Below are positions 58,825-64,000 of a DNA stretch of 64,000 bases, in pieces. The translations under genes were made by a program, and so were the position numbers. Source of the DNA: Nannocystales bacterium (lineage in GTDB: Bacteria > Myxococcota_A > Polyangia > Nannocystales > Nannocystaceae); contig JBOEGF010000036.1 of NCBI GenBank assembly GCA_050633305.1, positions 1-64,000 of the forward strand, given 5' to 3'. Each line of letters starts with the position of its first letter. Position 1 is the stretch's first letter. The notes under the pieces were generated by a model, which did not search any database, had not been told where the DNA came from, and worked only from the letters and a program-made list of their open reading frames with translations.

Positions 58825-59742
58825 TCACGGACTGTTTCCCCAGTCGAGCAGGTCGGTTGTCGAGGGCGTCGCAAGAACCTCGCACAACCGGGAGCGTCGC
58901 CACTGCAGGCGAGCGCGCCCGCGTTGCACGGCATCATGAACGGTCCGTACCACCTCCGCATGCTGGTGATCAGCGAGTTGGCTTGCAGCGCGTTCCGTCC
59001 GGTCGATGACGGCACCGGGTTCGAGAAACTCGCGTAACCTCCCAAGGTTGGCAACATCCCACCGCTCTTCGAACCCCGTGCTTGCGTACTCCCACAGTGC
59101 AGGCGGGCCGCCTCCGGCATCGGGTGTCCATGGATCGAACACGGGGTTGTCGTCGCCATCGAACGCCAACACCGACGCGTATTGGATCCACGCGACGGCA
59201 TGGCCAACGCACCCGATCCGGTTCCACATCCCCAGAACTTCGCCGACGTTGGGTCCGAGAGTTCCGTACGACGCGAGACAGGAAAACCAACGGTGGGGTG
59301 GGGCGTCCATCCCGTTGTGCCGCAGGCTCGTTTCCTCCTCCATGCGTGCGAGCAACGACTGCCGAATGAACGTGTAGAAAACGTCGCTGATGTCTGGCCC
59401 AAGCGTGTCTGTGATGACGGTCCGGCGCTTGGCGAGGCTCGCGTGAAGTTGCTCGATGACCCCGCCGAGCGCACCACTGCGCAACCCGTGTTGCCATGTC
59501 TCGAGGCACAGGGGCAAGACATGAGCCATCAGATCGGGTTGCAACGGTTGGGCGTGCATGAGGTCCAGCGCGTACTCGTTGATCTCCCGGCCGCACGGAC
59601 CTACACCGACCACGCGCGCGGCCAGGGCTTCGAGCGGGGCCTGCTCGTAGTCGAACGCCTTTTGGGTCACCTTCGTCGGCGGCTCGGGAGACCCTATGTC
59701 TCGGTGAAAGTCCGTTGGGCAGGGGTAGTGATGACGTGACAT
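58825..59742 (-). CDS. Hypothetical protein
   Basis: MSRHHYPC... 305-aa ORF with aaggaa RBS. Confidence 0.65.
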   Translation of the reverse strand: MSRHHYPCPTDFHRDIGSPEPPTKVTQKAFDYEQAPLEALAARVVGVGPCGREINEYALDLMHAQPLQPDLMAHVLPLCLETWQHGLRSGALGGVIEQLHASLAKRRTVITDTLGPDISDVFYTFIRQSLLARMEEETSLRHNGMDAPPHRWFSCLASYGTLGPNVGEVLGMWNRIGCVGHAVAWIQYASVLAFDGDDNPVFDPWTPDAGGGPPALWEYASTGFEERWDVANLGRLREFLEPGAVIDRTERAASQLADHQHAEVVRTVHDAVQRGRARLQWRRSRLCEVLATPSTTDLLDWGNSP

Positions 59743-60004
59743 GCCGATTCCTTCGTGTTGTGAGCGTCGCCCCTCGGTGTCTGCGGGAATGCTAGGCCGA
59801 CGCACGTCGTGACGAGGGGCCTGCCGGTGCGACCCCCTTCGTCGGTGGGGGCGCCGGATGCCGAAGAGTACGTGCTCGTGCCGCCGCGCAGACAGGAGAG
59901 ACTCCACCGTTCGCTACCGAAGCGAGCAGCTCGCGGCGATCTGACGCGAAGACGGGGCCCGAGGCGGAAGTCCGCAGGAACCCGACAGTTCGGTGAAAGG
60001 CGTT

Positions 60005-60121
60005 CCTGAGTTCCACGACTTCGGCCTTGTACGCGTCGGAGAACCTCCGCCGCTTCCTCCTGGACACTTGGTTCCCGATTCTCTCTTCGGTCGGGGGTGT
60101 CCACCAAACCGGGGAAGTTCA
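60005..60121 (-). mobile_element. IS3-family remnant (left IR + start of orfA)
   Basis: Minus strand begins TGAACTTCCCCGGTTTGGTGGACACC, then MSRRKRRRFSDAYKAEVVEL; homology then stops. Confidence 0.75.
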
Positions 60122-60179
60122 TGATTGTCACCGCGATTCAGCCTGCTCGCCGCCGTCCGCATCCGGACCAGAGGCGCGG

Positions 60180-60920
60180 TCAGCCGCCGTCGGGGAAGTC
60201 GAAGGCGAGGTCGTCGAAGCCGAGGCCGTAGGAGTCGTCGACATCGACGACCTCGAGCCGGGTGATGTCCGAGGCGTCCGCGAACGTGAGAACCACCGGC
60301 TCGTATGGGTCGCCCAGGCCCATGGCCGCCTCCTCGACCACCACCGACCCATCTTCGGCGAGCAGCCGGACGGTCCCGACGACCCCGGAGTTGTTGACCC
60401 CCGCCAGCGTGATTGATGGCGCACGTACGGGCGCAGCGAAGTCGATGTAGAATGGGGCGTTCGGAGCCGTGTCGCACGAGTAGTACGCGAACACGTAGTA
60501 GGGCTCGGAGCTCGCGGTACCCGCTGCGCTGGTCACCTCGAACGAACAACCCGGAGACGAGGATATGACCCCGTACTCGGCATATTGGTCGGTCACGACC
60601 TCCCCGTCGGCCAGCTCGTCGAAGTCTAGCTCGATCCGCGTGTAGGTCGGCCGCTCGGCGCCGCTCGAGCTCGAGCCGTCCGTCTCCGGGTCTCCCGACG
60701 TCGAGCTCGCGTCACTGCTGGTCGCGGTGGACCCGTCGTTGGGGCTGTCGTTGTCCTCGGGCGGGTCGTCGTCGTCGGGGGTACCGCTCTCGTCGCCGCC
60801 AGCCGTGCCGTCGTCCTCGGTCCCCCCTTCGGTCGGCATATCGTCCACGGGGTCGTCCTCGCCGGACGAGCCACAACCGAGGAGGAGGAGCAGAAGGGGC
60901 CAGGGACGGGAAACAATCAC
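60180..60920 (-). CDS. Hypothetical lipoprotein with acidic linker
   Basis: LLLLLLGC lipobox; IELDFDEL..VVTDQYAEYGV and GLGFDDLAF. Confidence 0.7.
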   Translation of the reverse strand: MIVSRPWPLLLLLLGCGSSGEDDPVDDMPTEGGTEDDGTAGGDESGTPDDDDPPEDNDSPNDGSTATSSDASSTSGDPETDGSSSSGAERPTYTRIELDFDELADGEVVTDQYAEYGVISSSPGCSFEVTSAAGTASSEPYYVFAYYSCDTAPNAPFYIDFAAPVRAPSITLAGVNNSGVVGTVRLLAEDGSVVVEEAAMGLGDPYEPVVLTFADASDITRLEVVDVDDSYGLGFDDLAFDFPDGG

Positions 60921-61159
60921 GAGCCGAGCGCTGTGCAACACGTGTGCCCAGCAAAACCCGACGGTTACACGACCCGCCCTCCCGGATCGGGAAGCTCGGG
61001 ACCCGGCGACCCTCCCGGATCGACTCCATCTGCCGGCATGTGCTCTCCGCGCAGGCGTCGGCGAGCCCGCGGCGGTTGGGAGCGAACACGTGCTCCCCAA
61101 GTCCGAGCACCCAGAACCGCCGGAACGGTCTCCGCCGACGCGCTGAGACGCCTTGGGCG

Positions 61160-61720
61160 TCAGTCCTCCCAGTGGAAGAGCGCGTCGAACTCTCGGTACG
61201 GGCCATTGGAGAGGAGCGTCGGAACGGCGACCCCTCGGGTGAGCAGGCCGGCCAGATCGGATGTGCGGAGCCTGTTGTACCCCCAGCGCTCGAGCCTCAG
61301 CTCGACCTGGTGCGAGAGGTTCGCGACGGCGTCGGTCTCAAGAACGTCTACGCTCTCGAAGGTCGGAAGGTAGGACGCCGCGCCGGTGGGGGCCCAGGAC
61401 TTCTCGCCTTCGAGGAAGCAGTACACAGGAGCCAGTCGGCTCAGGAGGACGGCGAGTCCCGTGAAGTGAGCGGCGTGGGGTTTCCGCTGAAAGGACGATT
61501 CGCGGCGGTAGAACCACGCGTCGATGAACGATGCGTAGCCCGACCCGTAGTGGTCGAACTCGGCCCGCAACTCGGCGCGCAGGTCCGCGGCAAGCGAGCG
61601 AACGACGCTGCGCAGCTCGGCCTCCACGGCAACCTCGTCGCGTGGTGACCATGGCGGCCTCAGCGGCGGTTGATGGGTCGCGAGCAGCCTGGCGACGATG
61701 TCTTCGAGTTCTTCGTTCAT
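61160..61720 (-). CDS. Hypothetical protein
   Basis: MNEELEDIV...HYGSGYASFIDAW...FDALFHWED. Confidence 0.7.
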   Translation of the reverse strand: MNEELEDIVARLLATHQPPLRPPWSPRDEVAVEAELRSVVRSLAADLRAELRAEFDHYGSGYASFIDAWFYRRESSFQRKPHAAHFTGLAVLLSRLAPVYCFLEGEKSWAPTGAASYLPTFESVDVLETDAVANLSHQVELRLERWGYNRLRTSDLAGLLTRGVAVPTLLSNGPYREFDALFHWED

Positions 61721-61802
61721 GAGCTGCGTTCCTGAATCAGGACGACTACCCTTCTTCTTCGCTGCCGTCCGCCAATCAGCCCCACCCGCGTGAGCGGGAT
61801 TC

Positions 61803-62013
61803 ACACTGCGGCACACGTTCGCCTCGCACCCGACGATGCGCGATGCGCCGCGTGCCGCTCAAGGCGGTGCAGGAGCTTCTCGGTCACGCAACAATCGAGA
61901 TGACGATGCGATACGCGCATCTGTCCCCGACTGTGGCCCGAGACGCGGTGCGTCTCCTCGACCGCGATCACCGCGGTGTGACCACAGGTGTGACCAAAAC
62001 CGCCGCCATGTAG
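61803..62013 (+). pseudogene. Tyrosine recombinase/integrase C-terminal remnant, frameshifted
   Basis: TLRHTFASH (61803-61829), then after a 7-bp tandem duplication (cgatgcg) VPLKAVQELLGHATIEMTMRYAHLSP...* (61852-62013). Not in the ORF track. Confidence 0.85.
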
Positions 62014-62048
62014 AAAACGGCCCCTAGCGTGGTGCTAGAGGCCGTTTT
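62014..62048. terminator. Bidirectional-type hairpin between integrase end and att site
   Basis: aaaacggcc-c-ctagc-gtggt-gctag-a-ggccgtttt. Confidence 0.6.
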
Positions 62049-62051
62049 TCA

Positions 62052-62077
62052 GTGGAGGCGCCGGGAGTCGAACCCGG
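62052..62077 (-). other. tmRNA (ssrA)-type 3'-end fragment, att site
   Basis: Minus strand CCGGG-TTCGACT-CCCGG-CGCCTCC-AC gives a T-arm plus acceptor 3' strand; upstream sequence does not continue as the RNA gene. Confidence 0.7.
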
Positions 62078-62888
62078 TAGGGACAACAGCCGATCGTGAC
62101 CGATCGTTAACCATCGTTGCCCCTGAAACCGCCGAGGGAGATGGGTCGAGCCCAAATCGTGTCGACGGCGTCGCCGATGTTGGCCGATCGTCGCCCCTCG
62201 ACTGTCGTGAAACCACGACAGAGATCGACGCGGCAATATCCGAGCTGGAGCGGGGGAGGGTGGACCTGGCGCTGGACCGGCTGAGAGCGTTAGCTCTTAC
62301 CGTCCGCCACGACCGATAGCCGGCCCGCGTCGCAATCGAGCGGCGCCAACCCGCTCACACCGCTGATGTGCCGCCGCCTGATATGGGAAGCGTCGCCCGC
62401 GCTGGGTACCCGATCTCCGAGGTGACGGCGCCCTGTTTCCCATATCCCCATATCCCCCTAATACTTGCGGAACAACCGGCCGGCGGACGCGTCTAGTTCG
62501 TCAAACAGGTCTCGGCTCATTTGGGCAAAGTTCTGGACGACCATACGAGCGTCCTCGATATCCACGTAGCACTCGGCGAGTTCGCCCATCGCGCGAACGA
62601 CATCATTTGAGTGAAACCCAACGTCCAGATTACGGCGATGCTGATTGAGTGCGAGTCAACGCCGGCGCTCTCTTTCAATCTTGGAGACTTGAGGAGTCCC
62701 AAGAGCCCGAGTCAGATTGGCGCGGTGCCCGTTGGAATGACGCGAGCCCCAGCCGAGGGCAGCTGGAGCCGATCCACTACCGCCATGCTATCGATCGAAG
62801 GCGGGGTCGATTTCTCCGATAGACCGGCGGAGGTTGGTCGGACCAGCCAGATCGATGTTCCCGCACCGACGCGCGGCAGCATCCCGCG

Positions 62889-64000
62889 CTACTTACACGT
62901 GCAGACCTGCACGCCGCGTGCGAGCTGCCATCCACCGGGACCGTCGACCAGATGGACGGGCTGCTTCGGTCGCGAAGCTGCTCGGCAAAGCGTGCAAACC
63001 CTGTTCGCACCTGAGAGATAGGTCGCGCCTGGCCGCTTCCGGTAGTTGCCATCGCTGCGGACCCATTGTGGATCGAGGCCCGAAGGAAGACTGGCCGCGA
63101 TCACGCCGTAGGCCGCCGCGTTTGTCTCTGCGCCGTGGTGAGGTGCTGTCACCAGGGGCGTACGTGTGGCCGGCACGGAGCGCAACGAGGCCAGGTCGGA
63201 GTCCGCGCTGAAGATGACGGCTGAGTTGTTTGGGTCCTCGGGGGCCACGAAGACCAGGGACTCCCGGTTCGCGACGCTCAGCCGAAGGAATCGCAGCGCA
63301 CTGACCTTGCGGCGAAGCATGTGCGCTGTCAGCTCGACGGAGTTGATCGGGTGAAGGAATGCCTCGCCGCCCGCGGGCGTTCCGCGCCGTCGCGCTTCCT
63401 CGAAGTCGAACCACCTAATTCTCGCGCCATGGTGATGAGCGGCTCTCGCGACCTTGCGGATCCGTGCGGCCGCCTGCACCGCCTCAATCCACAGGGCCCC
63501 TCGTGCGCTCCCAACGAGATCGGTCGACGGAAGCCAGACGCCGTCTGCAAGCCCGTCTAGGATGTCCGGTGCCAGGGGATCCTCCAAACCGAGCGCCGCT
63601 TCAACCCCATCGAGGTCAACGTCTACGTCCTCCCCGCGTTCCGACCCCTCGCGGGCGTCGGGCGACTCCAGGGAGCCCGCCTCCTGCTCGGCGCGCACGT
63701 CCGTGAGCAGTTCGTCGAGGAAGTCTGCCGGCCGGACGATGAGATCTACAAGGCGCTCTGTCCACCGCCCGGGGAGCCACACGTCGCGGACCACTGCAAG
63801 GGAGGCCTCTAGCAGCCCGACAAGACCCTCGGCGTGATCGGCATCGGCATGCGTGCACACGGCCACGTCGATCGCGGGCGTGGGCCGCACCAACATCAGT
63901 TGGGCCGCGAACACCGTGCGCGCGCGACCGCCATCCACGAGTATCGTCTTGCCGTCCGCGCGTTCGAGCAGGAACGCATCCCCTTGGCCCACTGGGACTG
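62889..64000 (-). CDS. ComEC/Rec2-like MBL-fold metallo-hydrolase (5' end probably outside window)
   Basis: PVGQGDAFLL, ILVDGG, CTHADADHAEG, NRESLV, FSADSD and TAPHHG. Confidence 0.85.
   Translation of the reverse strand, partial: VPVGQGDAFLLERADGKTILVDGGRARTVFAAQLMLVRPTPAIDVAVCTHADADHAEGLVGLLEASLAVVRDVWLPGRWTERLVDLIVRPADFLDELLTDVRAEQEAGSLESPDAREGSERGEDVDVDLDGVEAALGLEDPLAPDILDGLADGVWLPSTDLVGSARGALWIEAVQAAARIRKVARAAHHHGARIRWFDFEEARRRGTPAGGEAFLHPINSVELTAHMLRRKVSALRFLRLSVANRESLVFVAPEDPNNSAVIFSADSDLASLRSVPATRTPLVTAPHHGAETNAAAYGVIAASLPSGLDPQWVRSDGNYRKRPGATYLSGANRVCTLCRAASRPKQPVHLVDGPGGWQLARGVQVCTCK

Noticed and set aside
52554..58903. ORFs 52554..54785- and 57272..58903-
   Set aside because: They are antisense to the GH79 gene and the SLC5 kinase, with no independent evidence.
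62052..62130. Complete tRNA/tmRNA gene
   Set aside because: Only the T-arm and acceptor 3' strand are present; the adjoining sequence does not form the rest.
62457..62790. Possible AT-richer gene remnant on the minus strand (…LALNQHRRNLDVGF…LFRKY*)
   Set aside because: It is interrupted by a stop, has no clear start, and matches no family I recognise.
1..64000. CRISPR array, rRNA or integron attC array
   Set aside because: No regularly spaced repeats, cas genes, rRNA-like tracts or repeated attC-like sites were seen by eye.

Overview
High-GC bacterial DNA, most likely from a myxobacterium (Nannocystaceae-like; inferred from Myxococcus-type Cys-rich repeats, an AgmX/PglI-like C-terminal domain and many Ser/Thr-linker lipoproteins). 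There are three zones. (1) ~1-24.5 kb is a mosaic defence island. It holds a MITE-like element, an uncharacterised two-gene cassette (nitrilase-fold protein + ~890-aa helical-repeat protein), a 5'-truncated McrB with an intact DUF2357/PD-(D/E)XK McrC-like nuclease, and two lipoproteins. Next come a HEPN-motif gene divergent from an operon of XRE-HTH/ImmA peptidase, PIN nuclease and DISARM core drmA-drmB-drmC with no adjacent methylase, drmD or drmE. The zone ends with a 5'-truncated TM0106-like SF1 helicase and an ADP-ribosyltransferase-like toxin cassette bracketed by 112-bp direct repeats of a rhuM 3' end. (2) ~24.8-58.7 kb is ordinary metabolic/envelope genes, plus an HPF1/DUF2228-like protein and an unusual SLC5-STAC-PAS-HPt-CheA-type kinase. 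(3) ~58.8-64 kb is a decayed integration hotspot: IS3 remnant, frameshifted tyrosine-integrase tail, tmRNA 3'-end att fragment and a ComEC-like MBL hydrolase. All assignments come from motifs read by eye; no database searches were run.
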